Below, piece by piece: positions 17,614-27,737 of a stretch of DNA of 30,033 bases; positions within the stretch are counted from its first letter, which is position 1; each line of letters starts with the position of its first letter. The translations under genes and the position numbers were made by a program. The notes beneath the pieces are model-generated. The model saw nothing but the letters and a program-made list of their open reading frames with translations, was not told the origin of the DNA and did no database searches. The DNA comes from an uncultured delta proteobacterium (GTDB lineage: Bacteria; Desulfobacterota; Binatia; UBA9968), in NCBI GenBank assembly GCA_963755715.1, contig CAVWLW010000031.1:1-30033 (forward strand). Reading direction: 5' to 3'.

Positions 17614-19387
17614 TCACAGCGCGCGCGGGCCGATGCCCGAACGATGGGCGACAAACCAGTAGAGCGCGATGATCGGCACTAAAATGCAAAGCATGACCGT
17701 CGTCAATGCCGCCGCCTGGCCGAAGCCGCCGTTGAGCCAGATGCTCCAGACAACCACGGGCAACGTGGTGTTTTCCGCGCGGGACAGCAAGACGGCGAGT
17801 GTGAGCTCGCGGTAGGTGAGCAGCGCGATCCACAGCCAGCCGTAAAGAATCGGCGGGGTTAAGATCGGCACGAGAATGCGCCGCACGACGTTCCAGGTGC
17901 TGCCGCCGCTAACGTAGGCGGCCTCTTCGAGCTCGTGATGGATCTGAATCAGCGAGCTGTTCATCATGCGTGTGCCGTAGCTCAGGCGCACGATGATATA
18001 GAGCAGGAGCAGAAGCCAGATCGTCCCGTAGAGCGGAATAAAGCCGCGCAGAACGAAGAGCGCGAGCAAGACCGCGCCAATGGCGAAGATGATGTTGGGC
18101 ACGGCGTGGGGCAAGAAGGCGAAGAAGTCGAACAGAAAACGTCCGCGGATGCGCGAGCGCAGCACGACCCAAGCGAAGATCACGCTGACGATGACGGTGA
18201 TTGTCGGTGTCAACAGCATTAGGATCGAGGTATTGCCGGCGCCGCGCAGCACCAGCTCCCAAGGCAAACCCACGTAGTTTTGCAGCGAGGTTCTTCGAGA
18301 AGGCGTCCACGGAAGGCATCTCGAAATATTTTAGCAACGACGCCCACAGGAGCATGGCCAGCGGTATCAACTTGCTTAGAAATAGATAAATACCGACAAA
18401 CAGCCAAGCTAGGATCGCCCGGTTGCCAAGCTTTACGATCTTCGGCTGATAGGCTTTGCCGGTGATCACTTCATACTGGTGACTGCGCTTTTGCACCTGT
18501 GCGTACCACCAGCCGAGAACCGCGGCGAGAACGATGCCGATGATGCTGAAAGTCGCACTCAAGCCATAGCGCGGCAGACCTTCCTGGGGGCTGACCATCA
18601 GGTACATGTAGGTGCTGAAAGTAAAAATGCGGTTGGACCAGCCGATGATCGCCGGCACGTCGAAGGCCGAAAGTCCGACAGTAAAAATATAGATTCCCGC
18701 TGCGAGGATTCCTGGCCAGATGAGCGGAACCGTTACGCTCCAGATGATTCTCGCGGTGCTCGCGCCGCTGGCTTCCGCGGCTTCTTCGAGCTTGGGATCC
18801 ATGGCGCGAAAGGCGCCGGCAGTCATGATAAATGCCACCGGCGTGAGATTGAGCCCCTGCACCCAACCCATGCCGGTGATCGTCGTGATGCTGAGCGGCG
18901 CATCGGCGAAGCCAAACATATCTTGTAGAAATTGGTTGACGATACCGATGCGCGGATGAAGCAAGAACAGCCAGCCCATCGCCACGGCGAAGCCGGGTAT
19001 CAGCAAGCCCACGGTCATGAGCGTCAGCAATAGTGTTCTCCCCGGAAAGTCGGTGCGCTCGACCAACCATGCGGCCGGCAGACCGAACAAGAACGAAACC
19101 GCAAGCGCGATGAGCGAGAAGCCGGCGGTGTTCCAGAGGACTTTATAAGTAAACGGCTCAGTGAAAACTTTGACGTAGTTGTTGAAGGAATAGCGAATAA
19201 CTGGATCGAGCAAGGAGCCTTCGAAAAAACTCAGCCAGAAAACCACCACCAGAGGGGCGAGAATCAACAGACTAAAAAACGACGCAACCCCGACCATCAA
19301 CCACGCCCAGGGATCGGCTTGACCCAGCCGCCGTGAAACTATGCGAGGAAAAAAAGCATACAGGCGGATTGAATCAGACAAACTCAT
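17614..19387 (-). CDS. ABC permease with two TM modules (FbpB/ThiP-like), +1 frameshift near 18290
   Basis: AWLVERTDFPGR; two EAA loops (LEEAAEASGAS, LEEAAYVSGGS); ITGKAYQP linker; repaired length 590 aa. Confidence 0.9.
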
Positions 19388-19424
19388 GGCGGCATCAGGG
19401 GAGCAACAGCGGTGAGTCTTTCGG

Positions 19425-19560
19425 TGTCATTTGCGAGCCGGAGCCGAGCGCAGGCGAGAAATCTTTCCGTCTCCCTACGGCCGTGGCGAGAAGACGAGAT
19501 CCCTCGCATGGAATTTGGGATCCTGAGCCCAGGCGAAGGACTTGCAGCTCTTGGCATGAC
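19425..19560. repeat. Degenerate TGTCA-type REP cluster
   Basis: TGTCATTTGCGAGCC...GGCGAGAAATCT, GAGATCCCTCG, ATCCTGAGCCCAGGCGAAGGA, ...GGCATGAC. Confidence 0.65.
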
Positions 19561-19573
19561 GGTTCATGCCCGA

Positions 19574-20661
19574 TCATTTCTGCGTGACGATCTTTACCAT
19601 CTCTTCGGAAATTTTTTCTATGTCAGGATTGTTAGCTACCCACTCCAGGGTCGGCACGAAAAATTTCACACCCTGCTTCTCGAGATGTCGGACCTTCTGC
19701 CCCAACTGGGACTCAGGAAACATGTAGAGGTCGGAAAAGTCGCTTTCCCAGAGCAGTTTTTGCGCTTCTTTGGTGAGCAAAAAGGATGTGAAAAGCTTCG
19801 CGGCGTTGGGGTGCTCGGCGTTCTTGGGAATGTTTAGATAGAAATGGCGGATCATCGCGCCGTCGGACGGGATCACATGCTCCAGCGGCGCGCTTTGAGC
19901 TTGCAACTCAAAGGTGCGCGCGCCGTTGCAATCCATCACCAGCGCGAGAAACTCTCCGGTGACGACGCGATCCATTTCGTTGCAACGAATCAGGCCCGAT
20001 ACCTGTTTGGAAAACTGCTTGACGTAATCCAGCGCCGCTTCCCTTCCCCACAGTTCTTTCGCAGCGAGCAGGTTCAAGCCGGTGACGTAGGGCGTGGAGG
20101 CGATCTTGCCTTTCCAAAATGGTTTCAAGAAATCTTTGAGCGTTTTGGGCGTGTCGTTTTTCGGCACGCGGATTTTGTTGTAGGGCGTGCCCGGCAATCC
20201 AGAAAAGACTCTCAGACTTTGGCCGTCGCCTTCGACCATTGGCGCGGTGATCCGGCCGGGCATCAGTTTCGGCCATTCGACTTCGAGAAAAATTTTCCGC
20301 TTGACCAGAGGCACGAGGTAGCTTTCGGCGCCGATGTAAACATCGCTGGCCGCCGGTTGACCGGCAGCAAGTTCGGTGGCGATCTGACTGCCCATCGCCG
20401 GCATCGACGGCCCCGGCGTGAAGCCGATCTTGACGTTGCTGCCGAACATCTTGTTCATCAGTTGCTCGTACAGCGCCATGCGTTTGGTGCCGCCCAACGT
20501 GCCCTCGCCCCAGCTTAATTTGAGCTTGCCTTCTTTGTTGGCTTCCTGGATCACGGCCGAAAGCGCGGGCGACCCCTGCGGCTGGGCGGCATTAGCCGAA
20601 TCGAGCGCTAACGGATAATAGGACTGAATACGACTAAATAGAGCGCTAATGATTTTCTCAT
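19574..20661 (-). CDS. ABC solute-binding protein (Fe3+/thiamine/polyamine cluster), two insertions in signal peptide
   Basis: AGGAG RBS; repaired MRKSLALYLVVFVLLSLALDSANAAQ; ANKEGKL, PFWKGKI, KNAEHPNAAKLF. Confidence 0.88.
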
Positions 20662-20680
20662 ACGGTCTCCTGTTGTCCCG

Positions 20681-20823
20681 TGTCAATTGACGAGCCGAAA
20701 GGTGAGAAATCCTGTACGCTCAGCGACGGTTGGAGTATCGAGATCCCTCGCTTCACTCGGGATGACAGCGCTGTGCGATGAAGATAGATCCCTCGCTAAC
20801 GCTCGGGATGACAGCGCTATGCG
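20681..20823. repeat. TGTCA-type REP cluster, three units
   Basis: TGTCAATTGACGAGCCGAAAGGTGAGAAATC, then two direct copies of AGATCCCTCGCT...CTCGGGATGACAGCGCT.TGCG (20741-20777, 20786-20823). Confidence 0.85.
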
Positions 20824-20826
20824 CCG

Positions 20827-21903
20827 TCACTTTTGCGTCATGATTTTTACCATCTCTTCGGAAATCGCATCGATCTCCGGATTGGCGGCGACCCAATCGA
20901 CCGTCGGCACGAAAAATTTTGCGCCTTGTTTTTCCGCTCGTCTCACCCTTTGACCCATTTGTGACTCGGGAAACATGTACATGTCGGAGAAATCGCTGTC
21001 CCAGAGCTGCTTCTGCGCCTCTTTGGTTAGCATGAACGTAGTGAAAAGCTTGGCGGCGTTCGGATGTTCGGCGTTCTTGGGAACCGTCAGCATGCGATGG
21101 CGGAGCATCGCGCCATCGACCGGGATAACGTGTTCCACGGGAGAGCCGTGAGCTTGGGCCTCAAAAGTCTGGGAGCCGGAACAATCCATGACAAAGGCGA
21201 GAAACTCGCCGGACGCGACCCGCTCGATCTCGTTGCAGCGAATCAGGCCGACGACTTGCTTCGACAATTGCCGGACGTATTCAAGCGCCGCTTCCTTGCC
21301 CCACATCTCCTTGGCCGCGAGTATGTTCAAGCTCGTGACATAAGGGGTAGAAGCTATTTTCCCTTTCCATTGGGGCTTAAGCATGTCCTTGAGCGATTTG
21401 GGAGCCTCGGTTTTGGGCGTTCGCCGCGTATTGTAGGGGATGCCGGGCAATCCCGTATAAACTCTCAAGCTCGTGCGCCCGCCTTCGACCATCTCGTTGG
21501 TGATCCGGCCTGGCAGCAATTTCGGCCAATCGACCTCGTGGAACAGTTTGTGTTTTACCAGCGGAGCGAGGTAGCTGTCTGCGCCGATATAGACATCCGA
21601 CGCGGCGGATTGCCCGGCGGCATATTCGGCCGCGATCTGGCTGCCCATCTGCGGCATCGCGGCTCCGGGAGTAAAGCCGATTTTGATGTTCGTGCCAAAC
21701 ATCTTGTTCATCATCGTCTCGAACTTCGCAGCGCCTTTGGTGCCGCCCAAAGTTCCCTCGCCCCACATGAGCTTGAGCTTGCCTTCCTTGTTTGCGTCTT
21801 GAATCACCGTCGAAAGGGACGGCGACCATTGCGCGGCGAGGATTGGTTCGGCGACCGCCAAGAGCGTTATAATCAGCAGACTGATCAACCGGCAAAAATT
21901 CAT
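20827..21903 (-). CDS. ABC solute-binding protein, tandem paralog of 19574-20661
   Basis: GGAGG RBS; signal peptide; shared WGEGTLGGTK, GLIRCNE, SDFSD.YMFPESQ and ISEEMVKI.TQK. Confidence 0.9.
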   Translation of the reverse strand: MNFCRLISLLIITLLAVAEPILAAQWSPSLSTVIQDANKEGKLKLMWGEGTLGGTKGAAKFETMMNKMFGTNIKIGFTPGAAMPQMGSQIAAEYAAGQSAASDVYIGADSYLAPLVKHKLFHEVDWPKLLPGRITNEMVEGGRTSLRVYTGLPGIPYNTRRTPKTEAPKSLKDMLKPQWKGKIASTPYVTSLNILAAKEMWGKEAALEYVRQLSKQVVGLIRCNEIERVASGEFLAFVMDCSGSQTFEAQAHGSPVEHVIPVDGAMLRHRMLTVPKNAEHPNAAKLFTTFMLTKEAQKQLWDSDFSDMYMFPESQMGQRVRRAEKQGAKFFVPTVDWVAANPEIDAISEEMVKIMTQK

Positions 21904-21928
21904 AATGCCTCCGGGAAAACCATTGTGG

Positions 21929-22006
21929 TCTATATCTAACCGCTTTCGCCGGTGTCAAGGTGTAGTGCCGCCTATGCTTGACAACATTTTGGTTCCTTGA
22001 AAGGAT
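21929..22006. promoter_or_regulatory. Candidate divergent sigma-70 promoters
   Basis: Back-to-back perfect TTGACA hexamers (minus strand 21953-21958, plus strand from 21978) between the divergent operons; -10 matches are weak. Confidence 0.35.
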
Positions 22007-22039
22007 CGCAAAATTGCCGCAAGGAAAAAACGGGATGCT

Positions 22040-23800
22040 ATGAATCAGGTCGCCGCGCCGAAAGGCTCCGAAAAACCGCAAATCGATCCCATCACCTTGG
22101 AAGTGATTCGCCACGGCATCATTTCCGTCTGCGACCAAATCGACGCCAACATGACGCGCACGGCGTTCAGCCCGTATATCTACGAGTATAAGGATTATGC
22201 CGTCGGTTTCGTCGGCGCTGCCGGGGAATTACTTGCTCAATCCACCGGCGGCATGCCGGTGTTCGTCGCCGATTCGGTGGGCATGGCGGTGAAGGACGGT
22301 TTGGAAATCTACGGCCGGGAAAATCTCCACAAGGGCGACGTCATCGTCTGCAACCACGCCGCGGTGCAAGGCCAACACTTAAATAATACCGTCATGTATA
22401 CGCCGGTATTTGCGGGCGCGAAGGGCGACGATCTGATCGGTTTTTTTTCCATCAATTGCCACTGGATCGACATCGGCGGTTCGGCGATCGGATCGGTGTC
22501 TTACTCTTCCACCGATATTTTCATGGAAGGACTGCAGCTGCGCTCGATTAAAATCTTGTCGAAGGGCGAGCCCATCGAAGAAGTCTACCGCATCATCGAA
22601 AACAACACGCGCTTTCCCTTGGAATTGCTCGGCGACATCGAAGCACAGCTCGGCGGGTGTCTCTTGGGGCGCGATTTGACTCAGGCCATGGCCGATAAAT
22701 ACGGCATCAAAGTGTTTTTCGAAGCCCTCGAGACGATTCTCGATCAGTGCGAGGCCGCGACGCGAGAAAAAATCCGCGCGATACCGGACGGCGTTTATCA
22801 GCATGAGGCGTTTCTCGATAATGACGGCGTGCGCGATGAGAAGATTCCGATCAGAGTGAAGGTGATCATCGCTGGCGACGAGATGACCGTCGATTTCTCC
22901 GACATGTCGGATCAAGTCAAAGGCTGCATCAATTCCGGGTTCTACGGCGGGGGACGGACCTGCGTGCGGGTCGCTTTTAAATATCTGATCGCCACCGACG
23001 AGCCGGCCAACGAAGGAACCTTCCGGCCGGTAAAGATGATCTTGCCGGAAGGTAAGTTGATCAGCGCCGAGGCGACCGCGGCGATGGGCCTTTACAGTAT
23101 TCCTTTCCCGACCGTCATCGACTGCATCATCAAAGCGCTGGAGCCGGCTTTGCCTGAGCGCGTGACCGGCGCGCACTTCGGGACATTTTCTTCGCTGAGC
23201 TTCGCCGGCAAACGCATGGATACCGGCGCGGTGTTCAAAGCCAACGACAGCGGCCACGGCGGCTGGGGCGCATGCGCAACCCATGACGGCGCGGGGCCGT
23301 TTCGCACCATGGCGCATGGCGACACGCGTTTGATTCCCATTGAGCTGCAAGAATCGATGTATCCGTTCCGCGTCGAAGAGTTCCGATTGCGGCAAGATTC
23401 CGGCGGCGCGGGCAAATGGCGCGGTGGATTGGGATTCGAAAAACAATATGTGCTGCTCGCTCCCGCCGAGCTGTGGGCCAACTTCGACCGCATCGGCTGT
23501 CCGCCCTGGGGAGTGCAAGGCGCGAAGGAAGCGAAGTCCGGTCAGGTGCTGATCTATAAGAATGGCGATGCAGAGCCCGAGCTGCTTTACAAAACTGAAA
23601 ACCGTCCTTTGCAAGCCGGCGATCGCGTGCGCATGGCCACCGGTGGTGGCGGCGGTTATGGCGATCCGCGTGAGCGCCCTGTCGAGTTGGTCCAGCGCGA
23701 CGTGATTCGAGGCTTTGTCTCGCCAGAAAGCGCGCGCGACGATTACGGCGTCGTTATCGACGCAGACGGCAAAGCATCCAGAAGAAAGGATAAAGGATAA
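22040..23800 (+). CDS. Hydantoinase B/oxoprolinase family subunit (copy 1)
   Basis: IDPITLEVI, RTAFSPYIYE, HWIDIGG, EGLQL, DSGGAGKWRGGLG, GGGGGYGDP. Confidence 0.93.
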   Translation: MNQVAAPKGSEKPQIDPITLEVIRHGIISVCDQIDANMTRTAFSPYIYEYKDYAVGFVGAAGELLAQSTGGMPVFVADSVGMAVKDGLEIYGRENLHKGDVIVCNHAAVQGQHLNNTVMYTPVFAGAKGDDLIGFFSINCHWIDIGGSAIGSVSYSSTDIFMEGLQLRSIKILSKGEPIEEVYRIIENNTRFPLELLGDIEAQLGGCLLGRDLTQAMADKYGIKVFFEALETILDQCEAATREKIRAIPDGVYQHEAFLDNDGVRDEKIPIRVKVIIAGDEMTVDFSDMSDQVKGCINSGFYGGGRTCVRVAFKYLIATDEPANEGTFRPVKMILPEGKLISAEATAAMGLYSIPFPTVIDCIIKALEPALPERVTGAHFGTFSSLSFAGKRMDTGAVFKANDSGHGGWGACATHDGAGPFRTMAHGDTRLIPIELQESMYPFRVEEFRLRQDSGGAGKWRGGLGFEKQYVLLAPAELWANFDRIGCPPWGVQGAKEAKSGQVLIYKNGDAEPELLYKTENRPLQAGDRVRMATGGGGGYGDPRERPVELVQRDVIRGFVSPESARDDYGVVIDADGKASRRKDKG

Positions 23801-23864
23801 AGGCGGAAGGATGAATGAGGACTAAACAGCTTTTATCCTTCATCCCTCATCCTTTATCCTTTTT
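23785..23864. repeat. Heptamer-based (AAGGATA/G) inverted repeat
   Basis: AAAGGATAAAGGATAAAGGCGGAAGGATGAA ... TTTTATCCTTCATCCCTCATCCTTTATCCTTTT; same family as 8963-9056. Confidence 0.82.
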
Positions 23865-23873
23865 GAACATTCA

Positions 23874-25926
23874 ATGTCCTACGCCATCGCCGTCGATATC
23901 GGCGGTACTTTTACCGATTTAGTCGCCTTCGATCACGAAACCCATAGAGTCGTTTATTCGAAGAGCCCGACCACCTACGATAATTTGGTCGAGGGAATTC
24001 TCGACTGTTTCAACAAAGCCAAGATCAAACCGGCTGAAGCTTCGCTGGTCAATCACGGCACGACGCTGGTCATCAATTCGCTGATTCAGCGCAAAGGCGC
24101 AAAGACGGCGCTGGTGACGAGCAAAGGGTTTCGCGACATTCTCGAAATTGCCCGCGGTAACCGGCCCGATCCGTTCGATCTGCATTACCAGCGCGACGAG
24201 CCTCTTGATTCCGCGCGAGCTGCGCTTCGAAGTCGCCGAGCGGATGGACAGCAAAGGCGAAGTGGTCACGCCGCTCGATACCGCCGCGTTGAAAAAACTT
24301 GCCGACGAAATCAAAAAACTTGGCGTCGAGTCAGTGGCGGTTTTTTTCATGAATTCTTATATCAACCCGGCCCACGAAGAAGCCGCCGCCGAGAAGCTCA
24401 AAGAATTTCTGCCGGATACTTATGTTACTTTCAGCACGGATTTGACCCGCGAGTGGTATGAGTACGAGCGTTGCTCGACGGCAGCGGCCAACGCCTACGT
24501 CGGGCCGCAAGTGAGCACCTACATTCGGCGGCTTGATAATGATCTCAAGAGCCAAGGCTTTCGGGGTTCGCTCTTCATGATGGGTTCCAACGGCGGCTTG
24601 CTATCCACCGACCGCACTTGTCGCCAGCCCATCGGCCTGGTCGAGTCCGGTCCCATCGGCGGTTGCATCGGCGCCAGCGCCTACGCGGAGAAGTTGGGAT
24701 TTAAGAACGTCGTCGCTTTCGATATGGGCGGTACGACCGCCAAGTGCGCGCTGGTCGAGAACGGCCGCTTCTCGGTGAATTCGCTTTATTACGCCAACGG
24801 CTACGTCAAAGGTTTTCCGATCAAGTCGGCCGTGATCGACATCGTCGAAGTCGGTTCGGGCGGCGGTTCGATCGCATGGATCGATTCGCAAAACCGCTTG
24901 CACGTCGGACCGCAAAGCGCGGGCTCGATGCCCGGCCCGGTATGCTATGGCCGCGGCGGCACGGAGCCGACGATTACCGATGCGAATCTAGTTCTTGGAC
25001 GGCTCAATCCGGGAAATTTTCTCGGCGGCGAAATGCAACTGGACCTGAACGCGGCGAAGCGCGCGGTCGCGGAGCGCATCGCCGCGCCGCTCGGTTACGG
25101 CGGCGAGAGCGGCATGATTCAAATGGCCGACGGGATTATTTCCATCGCCGCGGTGATTATGGCCGGCGCGATTCGAAAGATCTCCGTCGAGCACGGCCTC
25201 GACCCGCGCGATTTTGTACTTTTCACCTACGGCGGTGGCGGACCGCTGCACTCCAGCGCACTGGCCCATGAACTGTCGATTCCGACCGTCGTGATTCCAC
25301 CGGAACCGGGTAATTTCTCGGCGATCGGTATGCTTCTGGCCGATGCGCGCATCGATACCTCGAAGACCTTCGTCGGAATTCTCAGCGACAAGACCGTGCC
25401 GGCGATGGCCGAGATTTATCGGGCGATGGAAAGTGAAGCGTCGGCCTCGCTGGCGACGGAATTCGGCACCGGCGATGTCTTCTTCGAGCACCATGCCGAG
25501 ATGCGCTACCGTGGCCAGCGACACAACATCAAAGTGCCGGTTTCGGGTTTGAAAGATGTCGAAGAGATTCGCGCGGCCTTCGAGCGCGACTACAAGCGGC
25601 GCTACGGCCACGCCGATGCCAAGGCGCCGGCGGAATTTCAAGCGCTGCATCTGTCGGCGTTTGCTCGCTTGAAACAACCGGATATTGCTCGTTTGCCGCG
25701 CGCGGCAGCAAAATCGGAGCCGGCGCAGAAACGCAAAGTCTATATCGGAAGCGCAGGTGGATGGGTGGACGCTGAAATCTATCACCGGGATGCCTTGGAG
25801 CCGGGCTTCAGCGCCGCGGGTCCGGCGGTGGTCGAAGAGTACGGTTCGACAACGGTGGTTTGGCCCGGCGATCGTTTCGAGATCGGCCAACTGCGGGAGA
25901 TTAGAATTCAATGCGCGGCGAAATGA
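23874..25926 (+). CDS. Hydantoinase A/oxoprolinase ATP-binding subunit, +1 frameshift near 24206
   Basis: DIGGTFTD, HGTT, ESGPIGG, DMGGTT, GSGGGSIA, GPVCYGRGGTEPTITDANLVLG, YGGGGPLH; repaired length 683 aa. Confidence 0.92.
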
Positions 25927-25968
25927 ATTTGTCCATGTGGAGTACAGGTACAGAGGTCTGAAATTTTA

Positions 25969-27672
25969 ATGAATTCACAGCCACAGCCCATCCGGCAAAA
26001 CCACTCCGTCGATCCGATCACCCTCGAAGTGATCCGTCATGGCATCGTCTCGATCACTGATCAGATCGACGCGAATATTTCGCGCACGGCCTTCAGCCCG
26101 TACATCTACGAATACAAAGACTTTGCCGTCGGACTCGTCGGCGCGGATGGCGAGTTGATCGCGCAGTGCACCGGCGGCATGCCGGTGTTCGTCGCCGACT
26201 CGGTCGGCATGGCCGTGCGCGATGGGCTGGCCGTCTACGGACGCGACCGTTTGCACTACGGTGACGTGGTCGTATGCAATCACGCGGCGATTCAGGGCCA
26301 GCATTTGAACAACACGGTGATGTACACGCCGATTTACGCCGGCGCCGATTTGACTACGCTGATCGGGTTTTTCGCGATCAACGTGCATTGGATCGACATC
26401 GGTGGCATCACGCCGCGCTCCAGCGACATTTTCATGGAAGGCTTGCAACTGCGTTCGATAAAGCTCTGGTCGAAAGGCGAGCCGATTCAAGAAGTCTATC
26501 GTATCATCGAAAACAACACGCGCTTTCCGATCGAGCTGCTCGGCGACATCGCGGCGCAGCACGCGGGCTGCTTTCTCGGACGCGACCTTACGCAAGCCCT
26601 GGCCGACAAGTACGGTGTCGAGACCTTTTTCGGCGCGGTGAAAACCATGCTCGATCAGAGTGAAGCGGCGGCGCGGGCGCGTATCCGCGCGATCCCTGAC
26701 GGCGAATACAGCTACGAAACGTTTTTCGATAACGACGGCGAGTCGGATGAAGCGCTGCCGATCCGTGTCAAAGTCATCGTCGCCGGCGACGAAATGACCA
26801 TCGACTATTCCGATATCGCTGAGCAGGTGCGCGGCTGCATCAATTCCGGCTACTACGGCGGCGGGCGAACCACGGCACGGGTCGCATTCAAGTATTTGGT
26901 CGCTCACGACGAGCCGGCCAACGAAGGGACGTTTCGGCCGTTAAAATTAATTTTGCCGGAAGGGAAGATTCTTAGCGCTCATCCGACCGCGCCCATGGGC
27001 AATTATTCGCAGCCTTTTCCGACGGTGATCGATGCGATTATTAAAGCCTTGGAGAAAGCGTTGCCCGAGCGCGTCACCGGCGCGCACTTTGGAACGTTTT
27101 CTGGCGTACGCTTTCGCGGCAAACGCGACAACGGCACGCTGTTCGATTGCCATGACAGCGGCCACGGCGGCTGGGGTGCCTGCGCGAGCCACGACGGCGC
27201 CGGACCGTTTCGCACGATGGCGCATGGCGACACGCGCATTATTCCGGTCGAGCTGCAGGAATCGATGTATCCCTATCGTCTCGTTGAGTTTAGTCTGCGT
27301 GAAGATTCCGCCGGAGCGGGAAAGTTTCGCGGCGGTCTCGGCTTTCGCAAGCGCTATCTGATCCTCGGTGCCTGCGACTTGCAGGCGATGTTCGATCGCG
27401 TGAAGTATCCGCCCTGGGGTGTGCAGGGTGGCAAGGAAGGCAAGGCGGGTCAGATTACCGTGATAAAAAAATCAGGCGAGACAGAGATCATTTACAAGAG
27501 CAAAGGTTATCCGCTTCAGCCCGGCGACCAAATCATCGTCGAAACCGGTGGTGGTGGCGGCTACGGTCCGCCGTCGGAGCGGTCGCGCGAGCTCATCGAA
27601 CGCGATTTGCGGCGCGGCTATGTCTCGACTGTTTCTGCAGCGAAGGACTACGCGGTCACGATCGTCGGCTGA
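25969..27672 (+). CDS. Hydantoinase B/oxoprolinase family subunit (copy 2)
   Basis: Same motifs as copy 1 with long identical blocks (TGGMPVFVADSVGMAV, HDGAGPFRTMAHGDTR). Confidence 0.93.
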   Translation: MNSQPQPIRQNHSVDPITLEVIRHGIVSITDQIDANISRTAFSPYIYEYKDFAVGLVGADGELIAQCTGGMPVFVADSVGMAVRDGLAVYGRDRLHYGDVVVCNHAAIQGQHLNNTVMYTPIYAGADLTTLIGFFAINVHWIDIGGITPRSSDIFMEGLQLRSIKLWSKGEPIQEVYRIIENNTRFPIELLGDIAAQHAGCFLGRDLTQALADKYGVETFFGAVKTMLDQSEAAARARIRAIPDGEYSYETFFDNDGESDEALPIRVKVIVAGDEMTIDYSDIAEQVRGCINSGYYGGGRTTARVAFKYLVAHDEPANEGTFRPLKLILPEGKILSAHPTAPMGNYSQPFPTVIDAIIKALEKALPERVTGAHFGTFSGVRFRGKRDNGTLFDCHDSGHGGWGACASHDGAGPFRTMAHGDTRIIPVELQESMYPYRLVEFSLREDSAGAGKFRGGLGFRKRYLILGACDLQAMFDRVKYPPWGVQGGKEGKAGQITVIKKSGETEIIYKSKGYPLQPGDQIIVETGGGGGYGPPSERSRELIERDLRRGYVSTVSAAKDYAVTIVG

Positions 27673-27692
27673 GCCGCATGCCAAATTGCGGC
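27673..27692. terminator. Hairpin between convergent genes
   Basis: GCCGCA-TGCCAAAT-TGCGGC directly after the stop codon; no U-tract. Confidence 0.3.
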
Positions 27693-27737
27693 ACTACCGT
27701 CGTCGGCGCAGGCGAACGATTCGCCCCGAAGCTCGGC

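Noticed and set aside
20741-20823. Two ~37 bp direct repeats as a mini-CRISPR
   Set aside because: Spacer is only ~8 nt, the copies differ internally, and they match the TGTCA REP family.
8048-26907. Long antisense ORFs (8048-8914, 19844-20518, 21064-21939, 22379-23614, 24988-25911, 25975-26907)
   Set aside because: They mirror well-supported genes in GC-rich DNA and carry no recognisable motifs; shadow ORFs.
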